Part shown: one piece after another, positions 22,774 through 35,295 of the stretch
Layout of the letters: every line of letters starts with the position of its first letter
Position numbering within the stretch: the stretch's first letter is position 1
DNA from: Lama guanicoe
Taxonomy: Eukaryota
Direction of reading: 5' to 3'
Assembly: GCA_013239625.1 (NCBI GenBank)
Contig: MU053588.1
Location: forward strand, 4,058,799-4,122,798
Length of the DNA: 64,000 nucleotides
Made by a program: the position numbers and the translations under genes
Notes under the pieces: model-generated
The model's input: only the letters and a program-made list of their open reading frames with translations
What the model was told of the DNA's origin: nothing
Database searches by the model: none

Positions 22774-24740
22774 CTATAGATTGCCTCCGGTGTGGACCCT
22801 CTGATGGTATACAAGATGTGATCTCTGGCTGAAGCCCTTACAACATATACTACAGATGTACGGTCTCTCTCCAGTGTGGACCCTCTGATGCGTGTGGAAA
22901 TGCGAGGCCTGGCTGAAGCCCTTGCCGCACTGCTGACATGTATAGGGTTTCTCTCCAGTGTGGACCCTCTGGTGAGCACTGAGCCCCGCGCTCCAGCTGA
23001 ATTCCTTCCCACACTCCTCACATTTGAATGGTTTCTCTCCCGTGTGAAGGATCTGATGGACTTGAAGATTTGACCTCTGGCTGAAGGCCTTACCGCATGT
23101 AGCACACTTATATGGTTTCTCTCCGGTGTGGACCCTCTGGTGGGCTTGAAGATGGGAGGCCTGACTGAACCGCTTCTGACATGCCTCACATTTGAATGGT
23201 TTCTCCCCGGTGTGGACACTCTGATGGGCTTGAAGGTTGGAGGCCTGGCTGAAGCCCTTCCCACACTCCTCACATTTGTAGGGCTTCTCCCCCGTGTGGA
23301 CCCTGTGGTGGTTGTGAAGATTCAAGCTCCAGTTGAAGCGCTTCCCACACACCTCACACTTGTATGGTTTCTCCCCAGTGTGGACCCTCTGGTGGGCTTG
23401 GAAATAGGAACTCTGACTGAAGCCTTTCCCACACACGTTGCATCGAAATGGCTTCTCTCCCGTGTGAACCCTCTGATGGCTCTGGAAACTTGAGGCTGAA
23501 CTAAAGCCCTTCCCGCACTCCTCACACTTGTAGGGCTTCTCCCCCGTGTGGACACGCTGATGGCTGTGAAGATTAAAGCTCAGACTGAAACACTTGCCAC
23601 ACTCCTCGCATCTGTACGGCTTCTCCTCCGTGTGGACTCTCTGGTGGGTGTGGAGATTGGAGCTGCAGCTGAAGCGTTTGCCGCAGTCTGCACACCTGTA
23701 TGGCTTCTCTCCCGTGTGGATTCTCTCGTGGGCCTGCAGGTGGGATCTCTGGGTAAAGCCCTTCCCGCAGACCTCGCATTTGTACGGCTTCTCCCCGGTG
23801 TGGACTCTGCAGTGAATGTTCAGATCGGTGCTTCGACTGAAGCCCTTCCCACAGCTCTCACACCTGTAGGGCTTCTCCCCCGTGTGGACAGGCAGGTGGG
23901 CGTACAGGTGTGATGTCTGGTTGAAGCTCTTCCCGCACTCGTGGCACGAGTAGGGCTTCTCCCCCGTGTGCACCCGCTGATGAGTCTGCAGGTTGGAGCT
24001 CTGGCTGAAGCCCTTCCCACACTCGTGACACCAGTACCGTTTTGTCCCTGGTTGAATGGGAACAGCGGAGCCATACCTGGCGTCCTTCTCACGGGTTCCA
24101 CACGTACGGGACTCCTTGCCTGAGCAGACCTGCTGATGGAGTTCAAGATGGAAGCCGTCACTGAATTCGTTTCCACGTTTATTATTACACTGGGAGGTTT
24201 TCTGTGTGGTCTGAGTCACACTGAGCCGGGCAAGAGGTGATGCCTTCAAGATGTCTTCACCACGCTCTCTGTTGCCATGACCTTGCTCTCTTTTGTGCAC
24301 TGTATCATCCTCGTGGTGGTGGGAAATACAACTGAAAATGTCAATGTCACTGCAAGGAGCAAACATAAATAATTTGTGTTTCATCAGAGTCTGCTGACAG
24401 CTCCGCTGATAATTCTGTGCCTCGTTCAGGTAGAGTTTATGCCAGGAATTCTGAGCTCTCCCAGATGGAAAGCCTTGATTTTCAGTAACATTGGAATGAT
24501 CCTCTATAAGACTGATGACACAGCTGTCTTCCACATGAGCCTGAAGGGAGACTCCCACAGAAGGGTTACATGGTTTGGGGGACTCAGAACTCTCTTCTTG
24601 GATATTTAGCCCAGAGTCTTGACTTTGGGTTAATTTGCTCATGACATGTCTCTTGATTTGCCAGCATGAAAGCTCTCCTAGAGAGAGGCACCTTACTCCT
24701 GTTTCATGAAGAGGTTCCATCTCACTGTGACTCCTGACTC
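22774..24740 (-). CDS. ZNF235: ZNF235 spacer plus 15 C2H2 finger exon
   Basis: TTTCAG acceptor at 24741-24746, phase 1 into ORF 22774-24720; finger series and C-terminus HTGGNL match human ZNF235 as I recall it. Confidence 0.95.
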
Positions 24741-24759
24741 CTGAAAGGAAAACAAAAAT

Positions 24760-26430
24760 AAGAAATTAAGGACAGAGTGACCTCAGCAAGACGGTAGATG
24801 AGGCGTTCCAAGCCCTTGCTTCCCTGTGGAAACATTAAAAAAACGACGACAAACAGACATCACTTCATTACAGTTCTGAGAAACAGCCCCAGGTCTACAG
24901 CAACCAAGACAGCATCAAATCAAGAAAAGCCAGACTTAAAAAGGTATGAGATTTGGGATCAGCCCAGAATGAGTCTGCTCATATCGTTGGCAGATCTCTT
25001 AGGAGTGCAGCTGCAGGAAAGCCCAAGGGCCTGGGCCAGAAAGCATCAGCTGGAAGCCAGTAGGTATGTGAAAGCGTAATAGTAAAACATGTGATTTACC
25101 TCGAAGAGTGCAGAAAGGGACGAAAATATGAACAAAATCGATGAGAACCTCCCCCAACAAAAGTAAATGCAAGTACACCTGTTTCAGTAACTGTATTACA
25201 TGGGTGTGGACGCCCCTAAAATCAAAAGGCAGAGATTGGCAGAGGATGTAAAAAGCAAGATCCAACTACATGCCGTCAACAAGGGACGTATTTTAAATAA
25301 TTAAAAGAAAAAGGACAGGAAAAGACATCATGCAAAGCCTAAGAAAGCTTGGATGGCCAAACTAAATTACCAGACAAAAAGACTTCACAAAATAGAGCCT
25401 GATTAGCTACAAGGGCATCACATGACACAAGGGTCAACGGAGTGAACAGATGTAACAACTACATAGGTGTCTGCGTCTCATAAAAGCTCCAAAATATACG
25501 TAACAAAGACAGAGGGAACTGAGAAATGGACAAATCTAGGGTCAGACATCTTAAAACATGTCTCTGTTCTTTGAAAGAACAATTAGACCATTAAAAAAAA
25601 TCGGTAAAGCCACACGAGGTCTGAACCATTAATCACTTGAACCAGAATGAAACTTACAGATTGACCACTGCACCCAACTGCAGCACTCACATTTTCTTTT
25701 TCCAAACACACATGCAACATCCTTTGAGATAAACCAGACCAGACTCAGAGCTAGAAGACAAGTTTCAAAAGACTTCAAAAGGCTGGAATAGTAAAGCTCG
25801 CAGCAGAATTAAATTCAAAACCAGTATCTGAAAAAGCCCTAACTATATGGACATCAGCACACCCACACGTCAAATAAACCCCACAGGAGATTAGAAAATG
25901 TTTTGAATTAATAAAGGAAAATAACATCACAATTTCTGGCATGCAGTTAAACCACACTCAGATTACTTATAGCTTTAAATGTTAGAAAACAAGAAAAGTC
26001 TAAAATCAATGGCCTGAAGTTCCATCTCAAGCCATAAGAGGACATTAAAAAGGAAGGAAATAAACTGAAAAGCAATTAAAGAGAAACAAACAAGGTTTAA
26101 AAAAAAATCAAGGAAACCAAAAGCTGAGTCTTTGAAAAAGAATTAATAAAAATGATAAACCGCTAGACTAATCCGGAAAAAAGAGGAAAGACAAATATTA
26201 CCAACAAGGCATGAAAGATGGGCAGAGAAAATCTGTAGATATGTACAAAAATGCTTTTAGAAGAGGTGAATATAGGAATGCAGGCTACAAGATGGATGTA
26301 TAAAAATCGACTGTATTCCTATATAGTAGAAGCAAAAAATTGAAAAATAAAAAACAATTCCACTTATATAGCATCAAACAATAAAACACTTCTGAAAATT
26401 GAAGACATGTAGTTCCTATAAACTACACAC
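24760..26430 (+). mobile_element. Old L1 (5' region and ORF2 endonuclease fragments) in ZNF235 intron
   Basis: A-rich sense L1 motifs, e.g. AATCAAAAGGCAGAGATTGGCAGAGG and ATAAAAATGATAAACCGCTAG. Confidence 0.75.
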
Positions 26431-26439
26431 GATAAAGCG

Positions 26440-26645
26440 TGACACTGAGACTTAGAATACACGTTTGGGCTTCCTCCGTGGTTCCTGGCTCAGCTCCCCA
26501 TGCCCTCGCGGTTTCCTAAAGGAGGAGAGCAATGGAAGCATCTTCTGTTACATGATTTGGTCATTTGTCCTCGGTTCCTGAAACGGCATCAGAGCCCTAA
26601 CGGTGAAATGGGCATTTTGTTCTTCACAATAAGCCCGGGACGCTG
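26440..26645 (+). mobile_element. MER21-like LTR 5' fragment
   Basis: TTTGGTCATTTGTCCTCGGTTCCTG...CAGAGC...TTTTGTTCTTCACAATAAGCCC; similar to the LTR at 43102. Confidence 0.55.
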
Positions 26646-28958
26646 ATTGATTCATGCATCAACAAATAAACCCTGTCTTTATTAGATCTTCTGAATTAGA
26701 TCTTTGTTAGATCTTCAGATTTACTCTGTTGAATTTTATTCTTTAACAGACCGCACGAGGAGATCCCAAATCAGAACTTCGAAGGCAGCTGGGGACAAGG
26801 AGAAACATGGGCCTGGCGCCTGGAGAACCATTCTGAGTTCACTGTCTTTCTCACCATTTCTGAGGGCCGCTGGTATGTGGGACAGGTGTTCCAGAAACTG
26901 CATGATACGTCCTGGCATAAAACGTTGTCTGTCATCAAAACTGAGGCTCACACTAAAAGGACTGAACCTGAGTGTCAGGGAAACACCCTCGCTGACTTCC
27001 ATGCAGAGGCAGCCACACAGAGTTTATAAAGAAGGTGGCCCGTGCAGATGGAGTCCATTCTGCTGTTGCAAAAGAATGACCCCTCAATGCCAGACTTTTG
27101 CCACCATGATGTCCTTGTAACCTGACAACAGCCTGCTCCTGAATCAGAGAAACAAATGGGTGAACAGCTGTAAACTTCACAGGCGGGACTCTAAGGAACC
27201 CAAGATGGCCACATGGTTCTTTTGCTGGCAAACCCCATTTTCTGGTTTCTGCATTCTTTCACCCACCAGCGTACATTTAGGAAGAACTTTTTGCCCCAGA
27301 GGCCTCAGATCTCCTCTTTCTGGACCCTCTGAGCACCTGCAGCTGGACTTGATTCAGCTGCCTGGACTCACGGCGGGCTGTCAGCATGCACGTGTGTTTT
27401 CCAGACGCGTCAGGGCCTTGCCCTGCTGTAAGACCAGTGCCCTCACAGTGGCCAGGAAACCGTTAAAGCATGTGTTTCCTGCTTGGGTACTCCTTCCACA
27501 GTCTCCACGGATCGACCCACCTCACTAGGCAAATCACACAAGCCTTAATGAAAACATTGCAGACTTCTGGAGTGACCCCTGCCCTCTCAGCCTCCACCAT
27601 CAGGCAAGGCCGAGAGGACTTGCGGGCCGACCTGAACTGAGGAGGATGCTCTCATGTTTTCATTTTCCAGGTTTAAGGAGACCTCTTCTCTTACGTTAGC
27701 TATGACTTACAGCAGTTTGGTAAAATGTACCTTTCGTGAGCTAAGACGAAACATCTACTTTTTCTCCCTACCTGATCCTTCCAGAATGCAGAAAGCCTCC
27801 GTGAGTAGTCTTACCTTCATGATAATGTGTTTGTTTGCATACTTTCAGTGTCCTATTTGAGGGAGATGTGCGTAGACTCAGCTGTGACCAGGCAGCTTCA
27901 AGGAACTGCTTGGAAAAATCGACCTGGTACTTTGCTTACAGGGTTCTGGCGAAGCAGTCTTAGAAAAGAATTTATACGATCGGTCATGTTCTGGCTGTTA
28001 TTATAAATAATCAGGTCAAGTTTAATGCAAACGAGTTTTACTGCAATTATCTCTGGTTAAAAAAGGGGGGGGAGTTAATTGTAGAGAAAAAAAAATTATG
28101 TTTGCTCCTTTTTAGAGATTAGGTTCTAGGCCTGTTAACTGCCTTGGAGGTTTTGTTGCATACCTGTAAACTGGACTGGATCCTGAATTTTTCCACTGTC
28201 CCCAAGTATCTGGCTCTCCTCCCCTCCGATTTGGAATCACTGAGCATGTAGGCAGCCACCGAGCCCTGTTGGAAGGGACCTCACCCAGTGCTCCCGCCCA
28301 CCCACACCGCTGTACAACCAGAAGGGACTGGACCCTGTGTGTACATCCCACAACTAAAGTGACACCCCACCTGCCACCAGGTCCTGCGCAGACGCCGAGG
28401 CCTGCCCACCGAGTTGGCGGGGGAGAGAAGGAGCTGACATCAAGGTAGATGGCTTCCGTCCAAGATGCCAGACCAAAACTTTATACTTCACACATGAAAC
28501 CCTTTTTCCTTTTCTTTCCCTCCCTCTGGCCCTGGCCTGGAGAGGTTACACCCTCATCTGCATCCCCCAGGCCACTGCTAAGGTGGGTAATGCCTGGAAT
28601 TTAGAGTAACTTTCATTTCAGGCTGGGAGAAAATCTAACGGACCCTTGGCTTGAGGAGGCACATGCAACAATTCTTACAGACGAATCCATCACAGTGCCA
28701 CCTTTGTGGAAGTAGTTGGTGCTCCGACGGGATTCATCTTTGTCTGTGGTGGTGTTCATTCTCCCGGGGCCTCTGAATGATGGCTGGTGCCCAGCTGGGC
28801 AGTGCCTCTTGGGTTATCTAACCGTGTCCCTAACTGTTCTAGAAAGGACCTGCCATAGGAGGCTTTTCACGATTCAGGGTTCACATCCTTTGGCCGGGCC
28901 CTACTGTCCTGATGACGAACAGATGTAATTGAGACCATGATCAGAAACCTCTCCTTAA

Positions 28959-29092
28959 TGTGGATTCTCCCCCAGGTCCTTCAGAAAGCATCCAGTCCTT
29001 ATAACACTTTGAGTATAGCTTAGTGAGACTCATTTCATACTTCTGGGCTTCAGAACTGTAAGACAATAAACTTGTGTTGTTTAAAAAAAAAA
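28959..29092 (+). mobile_element. Polyadenylated MLT1 LTR fragment inserted in env
   Basis: MLT1 motifs GGATTCTCCCC...CAGAACTGTAAGACAATAAACTTGTGTTGTTT followed by A10; flanked by GAAACCTCTCCTTA/GAAACCTCTTCTTA. Confidence 0.8.
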
Positions 29093-29108
29093 GGGAAACC
29101 TCTTCTTA

Positions 29109-29244
29109 TTTTTAGTTTCTTTTTTTTAGTGAGGGTGGGAGGCGTATAATTAGGTTTGTTTATTTTTAATGGAGGCACTGGGGATTGAACCCAGGGCCTC
29201 GTGCATGCTAGGCACTCACTCTACCACTGAGCTCTACCCTCCCC
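29109..29244 (-). mobile_element. Vic-1-type SINE in env
   Basis: Reverse-complement SINE ending CTACCACTGAGCTCTACCCTCCCC. Confidence 0.92.
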
Positions 29245-30204
29245 ACCTTCTCCTTAACTCTTGAAGAAACTGTAGGTTCCCTTGCTAAGACATCAGCTGC
29301 CCAGCAGAAACATCTGGACCCTCTGGCCAAGGTTGTTCTTGCTAATAGGATGGCCCTTGACTATCTTATGGCTGAAAGAGGAGGTGTCTGTGCGTGGCCA
29401 GCACCACCCGCTGGACCTGGGTTAACACTTCTGGCCAAGTTGAAACTCAGTTACATAGGATCACTGAGGAGGCCACTTGGCTTAAGAAGATGACTCCTTC
29501 AATGGGGGGTCTGTCTTTGATTCACTTGGTTTTGATTGGGTTTGGCTTTTAGTTATTAAAATCCCTATGGCTTGTGGAATTCTCTCAAAAGCTTTAAATG
29601 CACGTTCACAGCCGCTAACAGCCAAGCAAATGATTTCCCTAGACTAGAACAGCATCAGAAAAGGAACAAAGAGAATGACCGACTGAAGGACTGCAAACCT
29701 GGGACCGTGACCCGTGAGCCTCACGGGGAGGAAATAAAAGCATGACCTACAGGTCCCTTTGCCAAGAACCAGCAAAGCCGCAGGAATCACAGAGCCGCAG
29801 CTGAGGGCAGCGCCAATGCCTTACGTTTTGAGAGTCTGATTAAAAGGGGGGAAACGTTAAGAAATAACCAGCCCCCAATGGGGTCATTTACCCCCATGAT
29901 GGCAAACCAAGATGGAACTGCGGTTTCAACCTCTCCCAAGAATGTGGCCTTGAAGCAGACAGTGTGAAACTTCCTGGCCAGTATTAGTGAGGTACTCTGC
30001 ATCTGAAGACTCCCTAAAAAGATGGCCTGGCCTGAAAGAATTATTTCTTTTCTTTTACTAACAACTTCCTTGCCCCATCCTCCTTCTGCCTGTAGAAACC
30101 TTCCCTTTTGTACACCTCCTTGGGGCGCCCTTCCAATTGCTCGGGGGAATGCTGCTCTATTCAAGAATCGCTTGATAAGGCCAATTTTATATATATATAT
30201 ATAT

Positions 30205-30950
30205 AAAAGGAAGGTACCAACATGAATTCTGTAGTTGTGACAAATTTACCATGTAAGGTGTAAGGTCATGTAAGGTGTTAAAAGTGGGCCCTGGGGGAAA
30301 CCAGGTGAAGAGTGTAAGGGAACTCTCTACACTATGTATGTAACAGTCCTCTGACTCTGAACTTATAAGTTTATTTTCAAAAGGGTGACTTTTACTATAT
30401 GTAAATTGTTTCTCAATAAGGCAGACTGAAAAGCGTTTGTGACTAGTGCACAAATCTTGGTTTCTAATACCATTCTCCGCTAAAAGGAACCAGAGTCCTT
30501 GGACAAATGGCCGAGTCTAAGGCTGGGCAAGAAAAATACCAGATGAAGCGGAGCGTCTGGTAGAGTCAGAAGGGAAGGAAATGCTCCCAAAACTTAAGGG
30601 TGGGGCCGGGGCAACGGGAGAGAGGAGCCAATTGTTAAGAGCTCCCAACCGTCAAAGCAGGAAGACTTTGACAGCGAAATAAACAAGGCCACGTTGGACT
30701 GAACCCAAAGTAAAGATAAATATACGTGAGTCTACGCTGATCACAGAATAGGCATTAGGTGAGTTATCGGGGGCAGACAGTCAAGTACCTGTGGGTGACA
30801 CGGCAAACTCCAGCAAGAACAAAAGTGAGAGGGCTGACAACACAGGAATGGCAGGGAGGTGAGGACGGTTGAGATGAAACCAATGTGTATTGACTACAGT
30901 GTACGATTTTCATGACTTGTGTATTTTAATGTTTCCAAAATAAAACCCTT
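30205..30950 (+). mobile_element. L1MC/MD-type 3' UTR fragments
   Basis: GGAACTCTCTACACTAT and TACCATTCTCCGCTAAAAGGAACCAGAG motifs. Confidence 0.6.
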
Positions 30951-30978
30951 TAAAGCCATGGAAAGACCAGATCGTCCA

Positions 30979-30981
<3 letters not shown>

Positions 30982-31018
<37 letters not shown>
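30982..31018. repeat. (TG)n microsatellite
   Basis: About 18 TG units. Confidence 0.98.
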
Positions 31019-31021
<3 letters not shown>

Positions 31022-31659
31022 TACAGACGGGAGCCCGTTAAATCATTTTTATCGTGGATGCCCCCAGTGTGGTGCTTTGTTACACGGTTATCTGCATGCA
31101 GCATGTACACAAAAAGTAACTGATTTTCTATGCTGTACATGTTTTTTTTTGAAATTCTTCTACTTCTGTAGTAGAGGCTGCACTTGCAGGAAAACAGCAA
31201 AATGGCATTTCCATGAACATAATAACAGGTTTAAATCAGTGGTTTTACTAAGAGCAAACAGGCTTTAAAATCAAGATTTAAAATCCCGACTCACCCACTT
31301 AACAAGCTGTGTGACATTTTTCTAAGGTATGTTTCATCTCATAAATGACATGATGACATTGCCGGGGTGGTCAGGACTATTGCAAGGGTTAAATGCATAT
31401 AAAGTAATTCTTATGATAAATGAGTTAAGAGTGTTACCAAATTAAGCAGATTACACTTGAACGTACTCGAAGTTGCAAAAGGTTCATTTTGGTAACTACT
31501 TCTCTTGTCCTATACAGATTCAGCTTATCTACACAGCTGGATCTGTGACTTCCATAAATGTCATATTTGAAATTTCTACTAGAAAACTCCACATAGGGAT
31601 TGTTTAAGTATTCGAGGAGAGGGCAGAGAGGACAGAATGAATGGGTGAGAAGGTGACGG

Positions 31660-32552
31660 TCTGGCTAGGAATATAGATTCCACACACAAAAAACTGTTAA
31701 AGCCAATAAATGAATCCAGCAAAGTTGTAGGACACAACATAGACATTAAAAAATAGTTGCATTTCCATAGTTGCACTTCCATATACACAATGAACCAATT
31801 TGCAAATGAAATTACGAAAACAATTCCATTTACAACAGCATCAAAAATAAAATACTTAGGAATTAACCAAAGAGGTGAAAGATGTGTACACCAAAAACTA
31901 TAAAACACTGATAAAAGAAATTAAAGACACTGAAAAATGGAATGACATTTCACATTCATGGATTGAGAGATGTAATGTTGAGAGATTTCATATTGTTTTG
32001 CCAACACTACCCAAAGGGATCTACAGAGTCACTGTAATCTCTATCAAAATCCCAACACAGAGAAAGGAAAAGCCATCCTAAAATTCACATGGAAACTTGA
32101 GGGGACTCAAATAGCCAAAACAATCTTGAAAAATTTGAAAAAAGTTGGTGGACTCCCACCCTAATTTTAAAACTTACCCTAAAGCTATAGTAATCAAAAC
32201 AGTGCAGTACTAGGATAAAGACAGACATACATACAGACCAAGGGAATAAACCAAACGGCCCAGAAATAAACTACTGAGTATACAGTCAAACGATTTCTGA
32301 CAAGGGTGCCAAGACCACTCAATGGGGAAAGGACTGTCTTTTCAATAAATGGTTCTGGGAACACTGGATATTCACACTGTAAAAGAATGAAGCTGGACGC
32401 TTCCTCACACCATATACAAAAGTCAACTCAAAATGCATCAAAGACCTAAATGTAAGAGCTAAAACTTTAAAACTCCTAGAAGAAAACAGAGTAAAAGCTA
32501 CATTACATTGGATTTGGCAATGATTTCTTAGGACACCAAAGGCACAGGCAAC

Positions 32553-32598
<46 letters not shown>

Positions 32599-33755
32599 AA
32601 AAAAAAAAAACAAAAAAAAAAAATTAAATACAAAAAAAAAAAAAAAAAAAAAAACAAAAAGGAAAAAGCAACAAAAAAAAAAAAAAAAACCAAAAAACAA
32701 TTCTTAGATAGGACACCAAAGGCACAGGCAACCAAAAAAAAAAAAAAAACCAAAAAACAAATTTGACTTCATGAAAATTGAAAACTTGTGCATCAAAAAG
32801 ACCCACTCAACAAAGTAAAAAGGCTACACATGGAAAGAGAAAATACTTGCAAATCATGTAACTGATACGTGATTAATACTCAAAATATACAAAGAACTCT
32901 AAAAAACAACAAACACTCTGATTCAAAAATGAGCAAAAGACTTACATAGACATTTCTCCAAAGAAGATATACCCAGTGGCCAATAAAAGATGCAAAACAT
33001 CACTAAATCGTTAGAGAAATGCAAGTCAAAAACAATGTGTACCACTTCACTCTCATTAAAATAGGTATTATAAAAACAAACAAAATAACCAGTATCGGTG
33101 AGGATGCTGCAAATTGGAACCCTTCCGCACTGCTGGTGGGAGTGGAAGATGGCGCAGCTGGTATGGAAACCAGTATAGCGGTTCCCTAAACACTGAGTAA
33201 CAGAATTACCACATGCTCCAGCGTTTCTACTCCAGGTATATACACAAAAGAACGGAAAGCAGGGACTTAAATAGGTGTCTGTACACAGCACAGATGCTCA
33301 CAGCAGCGTGAGTCACAATAACCAAAAGACGCAAACGACCCAAATGTCACCAGTGGATGAATGAAGCAAATGTGGTGTATATATACAATGTGGTCGTTAT
33401 TCAGCCTTAAAAAAAGGAAATTCTGACATGTGCTCCAACATGGATGAACCCTGAAGACATCATGCTAAGTGAAGTAAGCCAGACACAGAAGGACAAATAC
33501 TGTATGGTTCCTTTTATGGGAGGTACATGGAATAGTCAAAATTCAGAGACAGAAGGTGGGACAGTGGTTACTGGGGACTGAGGGTAAGGCGAGGATGGGG
33601 AGTTGTTGAATGGGGACAGTTTCAGTTTGGGATAGTGAAAAAGTTCTGGGGGGAAACAGTGCTGAAGGTTGTACAACAATGTGAATGTAGTTCATGCTAC
33701 TGAACTTGCAGTTAAAATGATACATTTTATGTATATTTTGCCACAATTAAAAACT
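31660..33755 (+). mobile_element. L1 ORF2 3' half and 3' UTR (L1MA/MB-like)
   Basis: Colinear ORF2 motifs (GACAAGGGTGCCAAGACCACTCAATGGGGAAAGGA, AGACATTTCTCCAAAGAAGATATAC) ending TATATTTTGCCACAATTAAAAA. Confidence 0.9.
32529..32760. repeat. A-rich tract flanked by a 25-bp direct repeat
   Basis: TAGGACACCAAAGGCACAGGCAACC at 32529 and 32709 with about 150 nt of A-rich sequence between. Confidence 0.9.
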
Positions 33756-33947
33756 TATATATACTAATAAGTCTGGAGGGATGGTACTTAAGACACAAAT
33801 TCAGGTAAATGGAGAGTGAAGGGTGGGTGGTATTTTAAAAGGACTGGTCGGAAACAGCCTTGGGTGAAAGGACTTCTGAGCAGAGACAGGAATGAAGAAG
33901 AAAGAGGGGTGGGAGGTGTGTGGGAGAGCCACGTTCCAGCCAGAGAC

Positions 33948-34043
33948 CTGAATGCCTACCTCCCTGAGTCTGGATCTCTGTCATCCAAAGCTTTTCCTCT
34001 CTCTCCAGCTGGGCTATCATCTCTGGTTTGGAGGACTGGTGCC
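33948..34043 (-). CDS. ZNF235: ZNF235 KRAB-B exon (96 bp; alternative in-frame donor at 33960 gives 84 bp)
   Basis: TTTTCGCAG acceptor; encodes GHQSSKPEMIAQLEREEKLWMTEIQTQGGRHSG. Confidence 0.85.
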
Positions 34044-34522
34044 CTGCGAAAACATTAAAGGAAGAAAGCACTGAACAGTTTTGGTCCCAGTCCCATGGTG
34101 TGAGGCTTCGCGCCTCCCCCAAAGTTCACCAAGCATTTCTGATCAGATCCAGCATAAGGAATATACGTTGTTAGAAATGCATGACTACTGCATGGAAATG
34201 ACTGAAGTAAAAGATTAAATGACCTGCTTCCAGACAGCCTGTTTCCATCACGGCCTTTGCGGTCTCACGCTCCTCGCGGTAACAGCTGCAGCAGTCACTA
34301 CGACCTGCACTTCATCGCTACTGTATTCTACATTTTTACTACAGGAATGCTGATGCAGCTTACTGATTTCATGACCCACAAATTTAAGTTCAACTGTTTA
34401 TAGTTCATTTATGAAAGGCAAATGTTTCCCTTGGAACAAAGACTAGAAACATCTTGTCTCTGTGCTCCAAAGGGACTGGAAAACTCTGATCTATAAGAAG
34501 CCCTAAAGCCGTGAAGTCACGG

Positions 34523-34618
34523 GCTGAGGCCAGGGATCCTAAAGCGCGTGAGATGGTCCCCACAACAAAGAAATCATCTGGCCCCAAATGTCAGCAGTGC
34601 CGAGGCTGAGAAACCCTG
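34523..34618. mobile_element. MER20 (hAT-Charlie) terminal fragment
   Basis: CCCCACAACAAAGAAATCATCTGGCCCCAAATGTCAGCAGTGCCGAGGCTGAGAAACCCTG. Confidence 0.8.
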
Positions 34619-34622
34619 CTCA

Positions 34623-34766
<144 letters not shown>

Positions 34767-35176
34767 CTACAACATGAAACATGTGTAGCCTCAATCTTAC
34801 AACCAACCTCCCCTGGGAGACGGCCAGCACTGACAAGGGGGAGGAGAGATGTGGGAAGCTCTTCCAGATTCTGAGCAACCTGAACGACTCGTTTTAGGAG
34901 ACTGTCTCCTTTTCCCCTCCCACAGTCACACCAAGACTGCTGGGGGGGGGCATGTGTGTGGGGAGGTGGGGCCCGGAGGAAGGAACCCCCTCCCCCAATT
35001 TTTTTTAAACCCTGAGATACATGTAAAATAGTGCCCTGTATAGAGCTGCATCTCAGAACTGTCACTGCCACTGTTAAATCACGGCGGACGTGCATTTTAC
35101 AGTTGGGCTGAAAGTGCCAGATTTTGTGGGAAATGCTGAGTTAGTTTAGCCCCACAGACGGGCACTCCTCCGCGCC

Positions 35177-35295
35177 CAGCTCCTCCCCCGCCGGGCGGTA
35201 CTGCCGATCTGACCGGCCTTGGCGCCTCCACAGGCAGCTCCTCCCCCGCCGGGCGGTGCTGCCGATCTGACCGGCCTTGGCGCCTCCACAGGCAG
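35177..35295. repeat. 58-bp GC-rich tandem duplication
   Basis: CAGCTCCTCCCCCGCCGGGCGGT(A/G)CTGCCGATCTGACCGGCCTTGGCGCCTCCACAGG twice, one mismatch. Confidence 0.95.

Larger units (their letters stand above)
26650..30186 (+). mobile_element. Degenerate ERV1 provirus (MER34-like): 5' LTR end, integrase, env, PPT, 3' LTR
   Basis: LTR end TTTAACA at 26748; integrase-like GPSEHLQLDLIQLP...ALTVARK...VFPAW (ORF 27160-27528); env immunosuppressive domain (ISD) LAKVVLANRMALDYLMAERGGVCA (29323-29394); PPT AAAAGGGGGGAAA at 29842 then LTR from about 29855. Confidence 0.85.

Noticed and set aside
22876..24123. Antisense ORFs opposite the ZNF235 fingers
   Set aside because: Mirror ORFs from finger codon usage (MDPL...GL repeats), common in KZNF genes
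28490..29750. Captured syncytin/HEMO-like env gene
   Set aside because: Stops, a frameshift after the ISD, lost CX6CC and two insertions; no long ORF
32319..32806. Poly-Phe ORFs
   Set aside because: Translation of the A-rich tract inside an L1
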